Source: an uncultured Nitrososphaerales archaeon (GTDB taxonomy: Archaea; Thermoproteota; Nitrososphaeria; Nitrososphaerales; Nitrososphaeraceae). From it: 64,000 bases of DNA. A model generated the notes under the pieces. That model searched no databases. It had not been told where the DNA came from and saw nothing but the letters and a program-made list of their open reading frames with translations. The translations under genes were made by a program, and so were the position numbers. Positions 41,752-57,463 of the stretch are shown here, one piece after another (position 1 is the stretch's first letter; every line of letters starts with the position of its first letter). The stretch is taken from assembly GCA_963841565.1 (NCBI GenBank), contig CAWJCY010000007.1, positions 89,526 to 153,525 of the forward strand, read 5' to 3'.

Positions 41752-42894
41752 CTAATATATGTAAGAAATACTGTTTCCTTTATCAAAAAAATACAGATAT
41801 CCATCTCTGGAACCCACAAGGAGCATACCTCCTGCAAGACAAGGCGAAGAGTCTATCATATCCATTGTAGGAAATTTCCAAAGTAACTGGCCCGTGAGTA
41901 TGTCCAAGTAGTAAATATGTGAATCTAGTGATCCCACGAAAACTTTTAGGCCTTTTGTCAAAAGTGGAGACGCCCATATCTTGCCAGCAGTCTTAAACTT
42001 CCAGATTGAGGAGCCATCCGCTGACCTTATACAATGCAGGTAACCGTCTGAGGATCCTATTAAGACATAGCTTTGAATTAAAGAAGGCGAGGAGAGCAAC
42101 GGTGAACTTAAATCAGAAGACCAAAGTATTGCACCAGTGTCTTTGTTTACCCGATATAGGATACCACTTTGAGTCCCTATGTAAAGTGAAGGAAACCCGA
42201 GATCATTGTAATTATCAGCATCGCTTGAAAGACACGGAGAAGAGGATCTAATTTTACCATCTAGTTTCGTTTTCCAGACCATCTTCCCGTCCAAATCTAA
42301 TGCATATAGCCTGCAATCATCAGAGCCTACGAAGATTCTGCGTCCATCAGAAGATGGCGAACACCAGACCTCGCCTCCAGTAGCAAACTGCCATCTGAGA
42401 TCTCCTTCGTTGTTTAAAGCGTAAATCTTTCCGTCTAGACAGCCAAAAACATGAATATTTTCTATAGAACATATCGATGAAAATACCCCGTTTTGAAGCT
42501 CATAGTTCCACATCTTGGTCGCGTCATGAATATCAAAGGCAATAACGCTGCTAGGCTCACTATCAGCGACTGGTTCATGGACCCATTTCGAAAAGGTTCC
42601 CACTATTAGATTCTCTTTGTATATTGAGGGGCTGGAAACGACTGGATTGGATGCATTAATATGCCATTTAACGATCAAACTCCCTCTATCAATCCGATAT
42701 ACACGACCGGTGATTGTGCCTACATACGCCGATTGATTGTCTGCCACCGGCGAGGACAGCACGGGACCTACTTTTATCATATTCCTAAGGAAGGGCTTGC
42801 GCAAAAAAGCTGAATTGGACGTACCAGTTCTCCGAATACTCCCTTTGAAGCAAGTCCACGTATCTTGTGATTTCAAGTCTGATGGTGAGGACAT
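41752..42894 (-). CDS. PQQ-like/BamB-type beta-propeller repeat protein
   Basis: Repeated SSP..VGSxDGxLYAL..G..W motifs; no signal peptide seen. Confidence 0.88.
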   Translation of the reverse strand: MSSPSDLKSQDTWTCFKGSIRRTGTSNSAFLRKPFLRNMIKVGPVLSSPVADNQSAYVGTITGRVYRIDRGSLIVKWHINASNPVVSSPSIYKENLIVGTFSKWVHEPVADSEPSSVIAFDIHDATKMWNYELQNGVFSSICSIENIHVFGCLDGKIYALNNEGDLRWQFATGGEVWCSPSSDGRRIFVGSDDCRLYALDLDGKMVWKTKLDGKIRSSSPCLSSDADNYNDLGFPSLYIGTQSGILYRVNKDTGAILWSSDLSSPLLSSPSLIQSYVLIGSSDGYLHCIRSADGSSIWKFKTAGKIWASPLLTKGLKVFVGSLDSHIYYLDILTGQLLWKFPTMDMIDSSPCLAGGMLLVGSRDGYLYFFDKGNSISYIY

Positions 42895-43040
42895 TTGATA
42901 TGTTGTTCAGTTACAGTCTACGGAGTACGTTTTCAACTAAAAATATGTTGCATATAGCCAAAGTCAGTGATGGGGTAATCATGCCTTTGGGTGATGGACT
43001 AACACTTAAAAATAGGCGAAGATACTCCACGGTCTATAGC

Positions 43041-43199
43041 TTGGCTGCCAGAAAGAACACATCGCGAAAAAAGAGATTGATAAAACGCACAAGGCAGAAT
43101 AGACCTGTGCCCGCATGGGTCATCATTCGTACACATAGACACGTTAGAACAAATCCCAAGAGGCGTCTCTGGCGAAGGACGGATGTCAATGTTGGTTGA
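43041..43199 (+). CDS. rpl39e: 50S ribosomal protein eL39
   Basis: TTG start; [18 protein letters not shown]. Confidence 0.93.
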   Translation: MAARKNTSRKKRLIKRTRQNRPVPAWVIIRTHRHVRTNPKRRLWRRTDVNVG

Positions 43200-43223
43200 A
43201 AATAGAGGAGGAGAGAAGGATTA

Positions 43224-43751
43224 ATGTCATTGAATGAAACTCCTGAAGAGAGCATTTATACCGTTAATTTCAGAAAAGCTTGGATTACCCCAGAATATAA
43301 GCGAACTAACAGGGTAGTTGGTATATTAAGAGAGTTCACCAAGAGGCACATGAAGACTGATGACATAAAGATTGATCAGTATCTTAATAGATACTTGTGG
43401 CAGAGAGGAAAACGAAATCCCCCAAGGAAAATCCGCGTACGAATGACCAAAGACGAAACTGACACTGTTGTGGTTTCACTCTATGAGGAAGCCAAAGAAC
43501 GAAAATCCCCGACAGAAGATCTTGAAGTGAAGCAAGAAGTAAAGACACCCGAGGAACAACCCACAATAAAGAAGAAAGAAGCGGAAGCCAAAGAACAAGT
43601 TGAGCATGAGGATTCGCCGAAAAAAGAAGACAATGATGCAACCGCAATCAAGTCTGGTGGTGAGGATAAAAGAGAACCGGAGTTGAAAACGGTCGAGAAA
43701 TCAAAGAAGAAATCTACTAGAAAGAAAAAATCCGCAGATCAAGAGTCCTGA
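43224..43751 (+). CDS. rpl31e: 50S ribosomal protein eL31 with long charged C-terminal tail
   Basis: IYTVN, RHMK, LWQRG..PPRKIRVR. Confidence 0.93.
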   Translation: MSLNETPEESIYTVNFRKAWITPEYKRTNRVVGILREFTKRHMKTDDIKIDQYLNRYLWQRGKRNPPRKIRVRMTKDETDTVVVSLYEEAKERKSPTEDLEVKQEVKTPEEQPTIKKKEAEAKEQVEHEDSPKKEDNDATAIKSGGEDKREPELKTVEKSKKKSTRKKKSADQES

Positions 43752-43902
43752 AATTTATTTTTTCGACTTTGATCTTCTTTTGTGTACCAATTAATTTCTG
43801 TTGTTGATTTGAAGTTACTAAAAGAAGGGCAGGTTACCTAAGCTGATTTTAATGGCTTGTTCAACAAAAACTAAAATAATCCCTGCTTTAACTCAGCTCA
43901 TA

Positions 43903-44592
43903 ATGGGGGATAGGATTAATGAAATTAGTAGAACTCACATTAAGGCACTTGCTGCTGTAACTCTTTTATCGGCCAGTATTACTTGTTTGCCAATTCTTTG
44001 CATTCAGTCATCTTTGGGTCAACTACAGCAACCTGACAGTGACAAAATCGGTAATTCTACACAGACCATCAACCTTCAAAATATAACTTCCCAGCAACAG
44101 CCACGTTCTGTCAATGAAACAGAATTCGCCACTTATGTTTCTCCTGAATTGGGTATACAGATCGACCATCCTACTGATTGGTCGCCGATTATTAGAGATT
44201 TTTCAGATGATGTGCAAGTTCTCGAATTCAATGCTAGTAGGTCCGAAATGATGCAACTTCTTCCTCCCACACTCCGTATTTCGGCTGCTCCTCAACCTGA
44301 TATTCAGAACCTGAACCAGCTAACTGAGAGTTTACTTGCCATCGCAAGTAGTTATCCGAGGTTTGATCTCAAGGAGAATGATACTGAAACTCTAGGAAAC
44401 CTTACAGCACAGAAGGTTCTCTATACCTACGGAAGTGGAGATCCTTCTCAACAATTTACACTTGAGGCAATGGATATCTGGACTTTAAAGGATGGCAAAA
44501 GGTATGTGTTCTCATACATCGCCCCGATGTCAGAGTTCTCGATGAATCTGCCAGTTGCAGAACATATGATCAGGTCGATTTCCTTTGAGTAG
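43903..44592 (+). CDS. Secreted PsbP-like protein
   Basis: Signal-like hydrophobic segment, GIQIDHPTDW, KRYVFSY, MIRSISF. Confidence 0.75.
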   Translation: MGDRINEISRTHIKALAAVTLLSASITCLPILCIQSSLGQLQQPDSDKIGNSTQTINLQNITSQQQPRSVNETEFATYVSPELGIQIDHPTDWSPIIRDFSDDVQVLEFNASRSEMMQLLPPTLRISAAPQPDIQNLNQLTESLLAIASSYPRFDLKENDTETLGNLTAQKVLYTYGSGDPSQQFTLEAMDIWTLKDGKRYVFSYIAPMSEFSMNLPVAEHMIRSISFE

Positions 44593-44709
44593 TTGCTTCA
44601 GATTTATGCCTGCGAAGGGGTAAGTATGAGGCTTGATCTCCATGACGGAGATGTTTATGGGTTTATTATCCTCAAACACCTCATTTCTCCTTAAAGGATA
44701 GAAGGTAAC

Positions 44710-46125
44710 ATGAACATAGCTCCCAAAGAAAAAGGGTTTCCTCTTGCCTTATCAAAGAGTTCCAAGGATTCCAACAAGGACGATCATGAATTTACTCATT
44801 CCAAGAGCGGTAATGGCATCTCGTTACCTAGGGTCTGGATAGAAGCATATGGTTGCTCAGCTAATGTGGCGGATTCACAGGCCATTGCTGGAGCCCTTTC
44901 AACAAATGGGTTTGAAATCGCAAAACCAGACGAAAGCCATGACTTGAACATAATTGTTACCTGTTCAGTAAAGGATACTACTGAGCATAAAATGATGAGT
45001 AGGATAAAGGCCCTTTCAATGACCGGAAAGCCGCTCATAATTGCAGGATGTTTGGCAAAAACTGAAACCGAGAAACTTCAAAGACTGTTCAGTGGCGCTT
45101 CGTTCTTGGGACCAAGGTCCTTAACTAAGACAGTCAGCTGCGCGAAGGCAGCAATCAGTGGAATGAAGTCCGTTGAATTGGAAGATGCAGATGGACGGGA
45201 GAAATTAAATATTCCTAAGGTGAGGATTAATCCTGTCGTCAGTATTGTTCAGATAGCGGTTGGATGCTTGAGTGAATGTTCATTCTGTCAGACCAAACTT
45301 GCAAAAGGGCAGATAACAAGTTATAGAATTGGAGACATTATGCACGCCATAGAAGAGGACACCAGGGAAGGTTGCCGAGAAATCTGGCTTTCTTCTACTG
45401 ATAATGGTTGCTATGGCTTTGATATCGGCACAGATATCATTGAATTGTTGAGAAAGTGCGAGCTGACACCAGGAGATTTTAGGATACGGATTGGGATGAT
45501 GAACCCAATGTATCTGGGCTCCTTAAAGCCAAGACTGATCCAATTACTTGAAGAATCAAATAGAATCTATCGATTTTTGCACATTCCGGTCCAGAGTGGC
45601 AGCGAAAGGATATTGCGGTCGATGAAGAGAGGCCATACTGCGAAGATGTACAAAGATATCGTGAAATCTTTTAGGGATAGGTGTCATGATATTACTATTG
45701 GAACAGATATCATTGTTGGTTTTCCAGGCGAGAGTGAGAAGGACTTCGAAGATACATTAGATTTGATTTCGGAAAGTAAGCCAGACATCGTCAACTGTTC
45801 TAGATATGGAGCAAGACCTGGGACATCTGCGACATTGCTGGAGGGAAGATTGACCAGTGAAGTAGCCAAGGATAGGAGTGCTCGCATTCACGAGCTTGCG
45901 ACAAAAATTTCTCGTGAGAGAAACATGAAATGGATTGGATGGAGGGGTAACATTATCATTGACGAGGTTGACCAAAATTTCATACAAGGAAGAAATTATG
46001 CATACAAACCAATTTTCATCAGAAAAGGAGAATCCAATATTGGTTCACCACAACTGGGGGATCAAGTCATGGTTAGGATCAAGAAATACTCTTCACGAGC
46101 ATTGGAAGGGGTCAAACTAGGTTGA
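44710..46125 (+). CDS. tRNA methylthiotransferase (MiaB-like, archaeal MtaB/CDKAL1 type)
   Basis: YGCSAN, TCSVK, AGC, radical SAM CLSECSFC, HIPVQSGS, DIIVGFPGE, TRAM-like C-terminus. Confidence 0.92.
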   Translation: MNIAPKEKGFPLALSKSSKDSNKDDHEFTHSKSGNGISLPRVWIEAYGCSANVADSQAIAGALSTNGFEIAKPDESHDLNIIVTCSVKDTTEHKMMSRIKALSMTGKPLIIAGCLAKTETEKLQRLFSGASFLGPRSLTKTVSCAKAAISGMKSVELEDADGREKLNIPKVRINPVVSIVQIAVGCLSECSFCQTKLAKGQITSYRIGDIMHAIEEDTREGCREIWLSSTDNGCYGFDIGTDIIELLRKCELTPGDFRIRIGMMNPMYLGSLKPRLIQLLEESNRIYRFLHIPVQSGSERILRSMKRGHTAKMYKDIVKSFRDRCHDITIGTDIIVGFPGESEKDFEDTLDLISESKPDIVNCSRYGARPGTSATLLEGRLTSEVAKDRSARIHELATKISRERNMKWIGWRGNIIIDEVDQNFIQGRNYAYKPIFIRKGESNIGSPQLGDQVMVRIKKYSSRALEGVKLG

Positions 46126-46249
46126 AGAAAAATAATGCATTTAAGGAGGAATAGACTGACAGAAATAGAGCGATGGGTTAAACATATGTATAGTATGATT
46201 TATCGTAACTTTTAACTAGTATAAATTATACTCCTCTCTGCGGGGGGTT

Positions 46250-47317
46250 GTGGGATTGCTACGAAATCTTTCAAGTGATAGTTTGATTAAGATAAGAAAA
46301 CCTGTTCTCCTTTTGGGAGTAGGTGGACTAGGAAGCCGGCTTGCTTCAAAGATTGCTAAGGAATTGGGTTGTGATTGTTCAATAGTAACGGATGATGAGA
46401 GATGTGATACTGGCGGGTATCCTACCGTTCTGATAAACACAGAATCATGGATTAATCCATCTGGTCGCAAACTTAGGTTCTATGCCCAAGCATCAGTGGA
46501 TAGGATCAGGTCTCTTGTAGCAGGCTACCACACGATATTGATTATAGGTAATCTGGCCGGAAAAGCTGGAATCGCACTTTGCCCGACAATTTGTAACTTG
46601 ATTAGAAATCAACCTTTTGTTTCTAATCAAATGAGTGAAGACACAATCTCCTCTTTCCACTCACGACCACAATCGATACCAAGAAACGAAATTGAAGTCA
46701 TAACCTTCGTTATTATGCCTTTCAAGTTTGAAAAGAACCGCATCTTTGATGCAGGAATTTCGCTGCGGAGGATTCGAGAATCTTCTGGTGCGGTTGTCGT
46801 CATTGACAATGATGCCTTTTTGGACAACAATCCTGATTTGACAATCTCACAGTGTTATGACCTTACAAATCAGGCAATAATTGACATTATTTCGTCATTT
46901 TATCAAACTGAATTCAATGCCGATTTGAATTTATTAAGTGTAGGAAGACCTGATAGAGATTCGGTTTCAGCTTCGGCGATGGATTCTCTGGCGATGCTGT
47001 TGGATAATGCTGACATAGAATCCGTGAGACGTACTCTAGTTTATGTTATGGGCGGCGATAGAATATCTGTAGGGGCGATGAATGGTCTGGTCAATACGGT
47101 TCAATCAGTCTTTAAAAAAGATAATTTGAGCGATGTAAATTTAATGATGTCAAATCCTGGGCATGTTAATGTGCATCTACTTTCTTCAATTATCTCTAGG
47201 ACAAAATTCGACAGTTATGATCCGTTGTCAGAAATTATCCCTTCTAGGAATAATCTTGATTGGGACGAATTGGATTGTTCCCCTGAAATAAGTTTAGACA
47301 TCAGGAACGCTGAATAG
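46250..47317 (+). CDS. Divergent FtsZ/tubulin-like protein (thaumarchaeal type)
   Basis: GVGGLG, degenerate signature NLAGKAG, MPFKFE, IDND. Confidence 0.8.
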   Translation: MGLLRNLSSDSLIKIRKPVLLLGVGGLGSRLASKIAKELGCDCSIVTDDERCDTGGYPTVLINTESWINPSGRKLRFYAQASVDRIRSLVAGYHTILIIGNLAGKAGIALCPTICNLIRNQPFVSNQMSEDTISSFHSRPQSIPRNEIEVITFVIMPFKFEKNRIFDAGISLRRIRESSGAVVVIDNDAFLDNNPDLTISQCYDLTNQAIIDIISSFYQTEFNADLNLLSVGRPDRDSVSASAMDSLAMLLDNADIESVRRTLVYVMGGDRISVGAMNGLVNTVQSVFKKDNLSDVNLMMSNPGHVNVHLLSSIISRTKFDSYDPLSEIIPSRNNLDWDELDCSPEISLDIRNAE

Positions 47318-47748
47318 CATACGGGGTGTTTGTATCCCCTTGTTCTGTCTTTTCGTTAGAAGTTTGTAAATGAGTATTCTTCTCTTCTCAGAGCCTCTTA
47401 GTAGCCGAAAATTCTTCTGACTCGCTTACTCATCAAGTCATATTTGTCTCTAGTAAGCGTTTGAAGAAAGATAGGAAAACGAAAGTCTTGATTGCGACGA
47501 CTCCGTAAGATATCGAAACGGCTCTACGATTTTACTTCGGCAGCTCCAGAAACAGTGCTTCTCACAGCTACCAGCCTATAATATGATCACCAATAATTTT
47601 GCATTGCTGTCGATGTCAACCAAATTTGGTAGAACTACCCTATCTTGTATTTATCATTATTGCCCCCATTAACTTAATTTTGGTGGCCTGTAAATACACT
47701 ATTTTCCAAGTCTTTTTTTAAGACTTCACGTGATGGTTTAGACCACAG

Positions 47749-47910
47749 TCAGATTTGGGTCGATTTGGCAACCACTTTGTTCCTATTCGAGGGTTTTGAG
47801 AGCTCATTATAGCAATCGCATTTCTCGTAAATCAACATAAGCTTACCGCATCGTTCGCACAATTTGAAGTTAACCTCATTCACTTGCAGCTGGCCAGTCA
47901 TTAAAGCCAT
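47749..47910 (-). CDS. 53-aa zinc-finger micro-protein (not in supplied ORF track)
   Basis: MALMTGQLQVNEVNFKLCERCGKLMLIYEKCDCYNELSKPSNRNKVVAKSTQI; minus-strand TTTTTATA about 22-30 nt upstream of the ATG. Confidence 0.6.
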   Translation of the reverse strand: MALMTGQLQVNEVNFKLCERCGKLMLIYEKCDCYNELSKPSNRNKVVAKSTQI

Positions 47911-48019
47911 AGATATTATGTGCCTTCAAGGTATAAAAATTTGACTTGAAAATAGAGATCTACAATAAATCATAGCAAATCCTATCTATTCACTCAGTTT
48001 ATAGATAAATTTATCCGAT

Positions 48020-49405
48020 TTAATATATTTCCTTTGGACTATCATCCCACTTGCCCCTTGAGAGAAGACGGGATTGAACGATTTGTTGTGTCGCATCTAT
48101 CAAAAGCTCCGCATCCTTCAGAGTGTGTATAGAGGAAATCGCACCCATTTTTTCAGGAAGAAAGAACATGTTGTGTTTTGCAATTAGGGCGAAATGATAT
48201 TTCCTAAGCAGATCTTTGTCAGATAATCCGACGTCTGATGCAGAGGTTATTTTTCGTATGTTCTTGTTGAGAAAATGGGTCATAAATAAGGAGCCAACCC
48301 CCGTTATATCCACATCGATCTTTGCGTCTAAAAATACCCTTTTCAGTCCTGCTCTTATCCTATTGCCAATCTTATTTATTTTGGGATAGATGTCTGACTT
48401 GTTTTGCTTAAGATGTGTTAAGGTCGCTAACCCTGCTGTCATCGTCAGCGGATTTGCGGCAAAAGTTCCACCTCCAATGTAACAGGCGACTTGACTCTTT
48501 TCTCTCCCAACCGGGTTGCATAATGACATGATGTCTTTGTCACCACACAAAACCCCGATCGGCAAACCTCCTCCTACGATTTTTCCCAGAGTAAACAAAT
48601 CTGGGTCCAACTTATATTCATGTGCAGCACCTCTAAATGACAGACGAAACCCTGTGACGATCTCATCAAGTATGAAGAGAGCATCGTTAGTCTTGGCAAA
48701 TTCCTGCAAACCACGGAGATAGTCACTTTCCGGTGTGATACAACCTGCACCACCAAGGACGGGCTCTACTATTACGCACGCTAAATCATCTCGTATGGTG
48801 TTGAGAATTTTCAGAGACCTTTCCAAATCATTGAACGGAATAGACTCGACAAATTGTTCTTCATCCTGAATTAGACCGAGTCCTTCGTCTAATTCAAATG
48901 GATAATTGACGGATTGGAGAAGATTTGTATTATATCCATGCCAGCCCCCTACGATCTTTGCGACAACCCTTCTTCCAGTCCTGGCCCTGGCAAGTCTAAC
49001 TGCGTACATTGTAGCCTCTGATCCTGTACTGGAATAGCGAATCAATTCGGCACGGGGCATTCCCTCCTTTATCGCATAGGCAAGATCCAGGCTTAATTTG
49101 TTGACAGTGCCGAACAAAGTTCCGTGACTTGACTGATTCCTAACAGCAGAAGTCACCACAGGATGTGAATGACCTATAAGTAAGGCCCAATGGCCCATCC
49201 AATAATCTGTGTAATCATTTCCATCTACGTCGTGAAGGTATTTTCCTTTCGCTGACTTCGTATAGAAAGGATAAGGGTCGAAATGTCTAATGTTGTGGCT
49301 TATTCCTCCTGGAAAACACGACAAGGATTTTTTGTAAAGCTCATGAGATTTTCGAGTCTTTCTCAAGTATCTCTTTTGAATTTGAGTGGCTGCGGTTAGT
49401 TTCAT
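48020..49405 (-). CDS. hemL: Glutamate-1-semialdehyde 2,1-aminomutase-like class III aminotransferase
   Basis: FPGG, DVDGNDYTDY, TGSEATMYAVRLAR, DEIVTGFR, GKIVGGGLP; divergent from the rRNA operon. Confidence 0.85.
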   Translation of the reverse strand: MKLTAATQIQKRYLRKTRKSHELYKKSLSCFPGGISHNIRHFDPYPFYTKSAKGKYLHDVDGNDYTDYWMGHWALLIGHSHPVVTSAVRNQSSHGTLFGTVNKLSLDLAYAIKEGMPRAELIRYSSTGSEATMYAVRLARARTGRRVVAKIVGGWHGYNTNLLQSVNYPFELDEGLGLIQDEEQFVESIPFNDLERSLKILNTIRDDLACVIVEPVLGGAGCITPESDYLRGLQEFAKTNDALFILDEIVTGFRLSFRGAAHEYKLDPDLFTLGKIVGGGLPIGVLCGDKDIMSLCNPVGREKSQVACYIGGGTFAANPLTMTAGLATLTHLKQNKSDIYPKINKIGNRIRAGLKRVFLDAKIDVDITGVGSLFMTHFLNKNIRKITSASDVGLSDKDLLRKYHFALIAKHNMFFLPEKMGAISSIHTLKDAELLIDATQQIVQSRLLSRGKWDDSPKEIY

Positions 49406-49674
49406 CGGTCGCTAACTACATTCAGAACACTTTTTAATTGTTAGCACTGGTTCAGTTGGGAAAAGAGAAAAGCCTGTCAAATCGTCTTCTTAAAGTCAAG
49501 TAATCTAGGTACTCTTCAAGAAAAATCTATTCAGACTAAGTGATAATATGCTTTAATCAACACTTCCGATGCCAATATCCGCTAACCAGGCCTAAACCTA
49601 TGTTGGCATTGATGCTGAGTAATACTGAATATTTCCTGTAATGGTAACGTACTAGCCGTAGCATCTCATTTCTT

Positions 49675-49690
49675 GCGAACGTTTATATTG
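49675..49690 (+). promoter_or_regulatory. Probable BRE/TATA promoter of the rRNA operon
   Basis: GCGAAC-G-TTTATAT about 230 nt upstream of 16S and upstream of the processing stem. Confidence 0.5.
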
Positions 49691-49841
49691 AAATCCTGTG
49701 ACAGACTTGTAGAACGTGGACTATAAGGCGGCGTCAGTGATGATCTCTCAAATAACAATGGTCTTAGCGCCATTGAATGATTCACTGACCTCCAGTTACG
49801 CTCATATCATGGAGATGCGATGGAAAATCGTATCTGACTTA

Positions 49842-51424
<1,583 letters not shown>

Positions 51425-51925
51425 AAAACAAAAGAGATGCAATTCTCCAAGAGAAAAAAGGATAGTCTTAATCCTTTGGAGGATGAAGGACGTAGTAAAT
51501 GTGAGTTTACGATGATCGTCGCGCATAGGAAAGTCAATTTAAGACAGACTCAAGACAGAAAAAAAAGACAAAATTATGTGGTGAAACTGAAATATAACGT
51601 ATTCGTCAAATCATTAATAACCTAAGGAAGATATGAAAATTCAAACACGAGTAATTAGTGACAAGCTGACTATAGTAATGTTCGCGCAAACGTGCGTGCA
51701 TTATGTATATTTGGTTATTCTATTGTGTACTCTGAAAAGGATAGGGTACAGAAAGATAAGTGTTAATGGCAGATAGAAGACATATGTATGTCCATTTGCT
51801 TATGTAGAAATACATATTCAGGACATACATAGAAACATATACAGAACATACAAGAAGTGTCAAATCAGATCTTTATACTCATCAGAAAGCGTTCATGCGG
51901 GTACCTAACTAACTTTACAGAAATG

Positions 51926-54913
<2,988 letters not shown>

Positions 54914-55792
54914 ACTTTCTGAGAAAAGAAAGTTAAAAAAACTTGTATCCAACTGAGCAAACTGATGTATGAGAATCAACGATAAAGAGTGAATTGGCAC
55001 GGAGATGTATGTGCTGATGCGTTAACATGTGTGTTTGAACATATGCACGTTTGTATGTTCATGATGCATGGACACATCTTCTTCTTTGCTGTTATCAACA
55101 TCTTTGTTGTCCAAGATACAAGGTTGGCCTTTGTTCATCAACATCCCTTCAGAGGAATCGATAGATAGATTGCAACCGTAAGAAAAGAACCTACCAAATT
55201 AAGTAGTGCATACACTGCGTAAAGAACTCTGTATTAGCTATGTGACTATAGAATTGTGAATGAATGAGTCCTGAGTCTGTTTTAAATTGAGATATATGTG
55301 TATCTACAACTTTCTTATGCGCGGCGGCGAATTTTTTCAATTAATTTTGCAATAGAAGTAGTCTGTAATTGAAATAGTTTAGCCATTGCCAAGTTGTACT
55401 TTCAATTCGATTAATCATTTTGTTATCTGTTTTTCAATTTATTATTTGAGTGTAAACATGAGCTGTCTGAACGCTACAATTATTTAGGGGAGCGTTAGAT
55501 TTGCTGATCTATTGTGTTTGTTCTCAAGTTGTGTTTTGCCTACTCTCGGTAATACTACTAATGGAATATTGGTTGAGGATCTAGATGTGACTATGTCAAT
55601 ATTGCTACCATCATCTTCATATTCATCATTATCACCCTCACTACCTCCAGTATTTGTGGAGTTTGGTAACAATGCCTGCGATAATTTAGACGAATTCTAT
55701 CTGACTATTTTTTTTGGTGGTGGTTCTGCTTTTGGTTTTAATTGCCGATTGGGGTCTGAAGATCCTTGACAGTGGTCCAGGACCAGCTGCGC

Positions 55793-57067
55793 ATGGCTAA
55801 GGAGAATAGTACTAATGATAATAATGCTACCCTTGTTGCTGCTCCTAGCCATGGCATTAGAAAGAAAACAGAAACTGGAAGAAGTCAAGTAAAGTTCCAA
55901 TCAAAAACCTCTCGCAGTTTTTCTAAGAATCAGGAAATTTATTTTGAATCTGAAGTACCTTCAGTCATTTGTCTCTCTCACAGAGAGGACGTTGATGGTC
56001 TTTCTTCTGCAGCCCTTTTGAAATCTGCATTCAAGGACTGTTATATCATCTTACTTGATTATTCTAATCTTATAAGGCATCTAAAAAGACTGTCTTTTTT
56101 GATATCAAATTCATCGAGTGCGGATGGCACTCTTTCCAGACCCCTGAGCGCTGGAGACCTTGGCACAGGTGTTAGTAGAGGCACGAGCGATACCAAGAAG
56201 AATGGAGCCATAAGGGCGAGAGGGGCTAAGAAATCAAGAAAGAACAAGAAACTGGTAATCTGTGATCTGGGTCTTAACAAGAAAAACGAATCTGCGTTTG
56301 TCGAGGTTCTAGGTGAAATAGTTTCAATTGGGTACAAGGTCGAATACATAGACCATCATGATGTAAGTGAAGAAATAAAGTCGGAATTGCGAAAAGTTGG
56401 TGTTACTCTTGTTCATTCTACCGACGAATGTACAAGCGTGCAGGTTTATCAACGATACAAGAATAAGCTTAACTCGTATTCTTCTTTTTATGCTGCTGCT
56501 GGCGCCTTAACAGATTATTTAGAACAGAGACCTATTGCTTCTATGCTCGTATCTAGATTCGACAGACACTTTCTAATGCTGGAATCTACGGCCCTTTCTT
56601 ATATGATTTCCTCTAACCAACACGATGATAAGTTTCTCCTAAAAATCGTAGATTCTATCTCCAAAAACAGATTTCCACATGACATAGAAGGAGGCTTTAT
56701 GATGGCAGAGAAATATGCAATTAGAGTATCTGAAGCTGTAAAGTCATTGGAGGGTTCTATCACTCGCAAGAAAAAGTTAGCCTACGTTAGAAATGACCTT
56801 GATCTAACTGCAAGTGTAATAGTAAATTTTGTACTTGGTATTTCGGGTAGACCTGTAGCGCTTGTTTACAAGCCTCGTGATGAGATCAACTCATTTGTCA
56901 TTTCAATTAGAGGCTCAAAGGAATGTGAAGCTCATTTGGGAAGGATTGTTAACGAAATTGCCGCTAATTTTGGAGGAAGTGGTGGAGGACATGACAAAGC
57001 ATCTGGTGCAGTTATTCCAAAGGATCGTTTGGATGAATTCATTGCCGAACTAGATCGGCGGATATGA
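55793..57067 (+). CDS. DHH-family phosphoesterase with DHHA1 domain
   Basis: HREDVDG, ICDLG, IDHH, SIRG, GGGHDKASG. Confidence 0.88.
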   Translation: MAKENSTNDNNATLVAAPSHGIRKKTETGRSQVKFQSKTSRSFSKNQEIYFESEVPSVICLSHREDVDGLSSAALLKSAFKDCYIILLDYSNLIRHLKRLSFLISNSSSADGTLSRPLSAGDLGTGVSRGTSDTKKNGAIRARGAKKSRKNKKLVICDLGLNKKNESAFVEVLGEIVSIGYKVEYIDHHDVSEEIKSELRKVGVTLVHSTDECTSVQVYQRYKNKLNSYSSFYAAAGALTDYLEQRPIASMLVSRFDRHFLMLESTALSYMISSNQHDDKFLLKIVDSISKNRFPHDIEGGFMMAEKYAIRVSEAVKSLEGSITRKKKLAYVRNDLDLTASVIVNFVLGISGRPVALVYKPRDEINSFVISIRGSKECEAHLGRIVNEIAANFGGSGGGHDKASGAVIPKDRLDEFIAELDRRI

Positions 57068-57200
57068 AGAATGGGCCTTAAAAACTGATTTTGCGTTTAC
57101 TGTCGGATTTTTTCGGCTCGACAGCATTGGATCAAGGACACGGCTAACAAAAGAATTTACATTACTTTAACATTCAGATGAATTTGAGTGTGAGTTAGAT

Positions 57201-57395
57201 TTGCCAGTCATTCAAATAACGTTGAGCAAAGGTAGAACAGTTGAGCAGAAGAGAGAACTTGTCCAAGTAATTACAGAAGAGTCTGCGCGAATTCTTAAAA
57301 CAAGGAACGAGAAGATCAGGATACTGATCTATGAGGTAGAAGGAGAAAATTGGGCAGATGCGGGTATTCTAGGCTTGGATATGAAAGACCGATGA
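57201..57395 (+). CDS. 4-oxalocrotonate tautomerase family protein
   Basis: N-terminal Pro, GRTVEQKREL, ENWADAG. Confidence 0.9.
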   Translation: MPVIQITLSKGRTVEQKRELVQVITEESARILKTRNEKIRILIYEVEGENWADAGILGLDMKDR

Positions 57396-57463
57396 ATATG
57401 ATGACGATGCAAAATAATTTGATACCACATTATAGCAACGTCACATGTTCGACTTTAGGCGGG

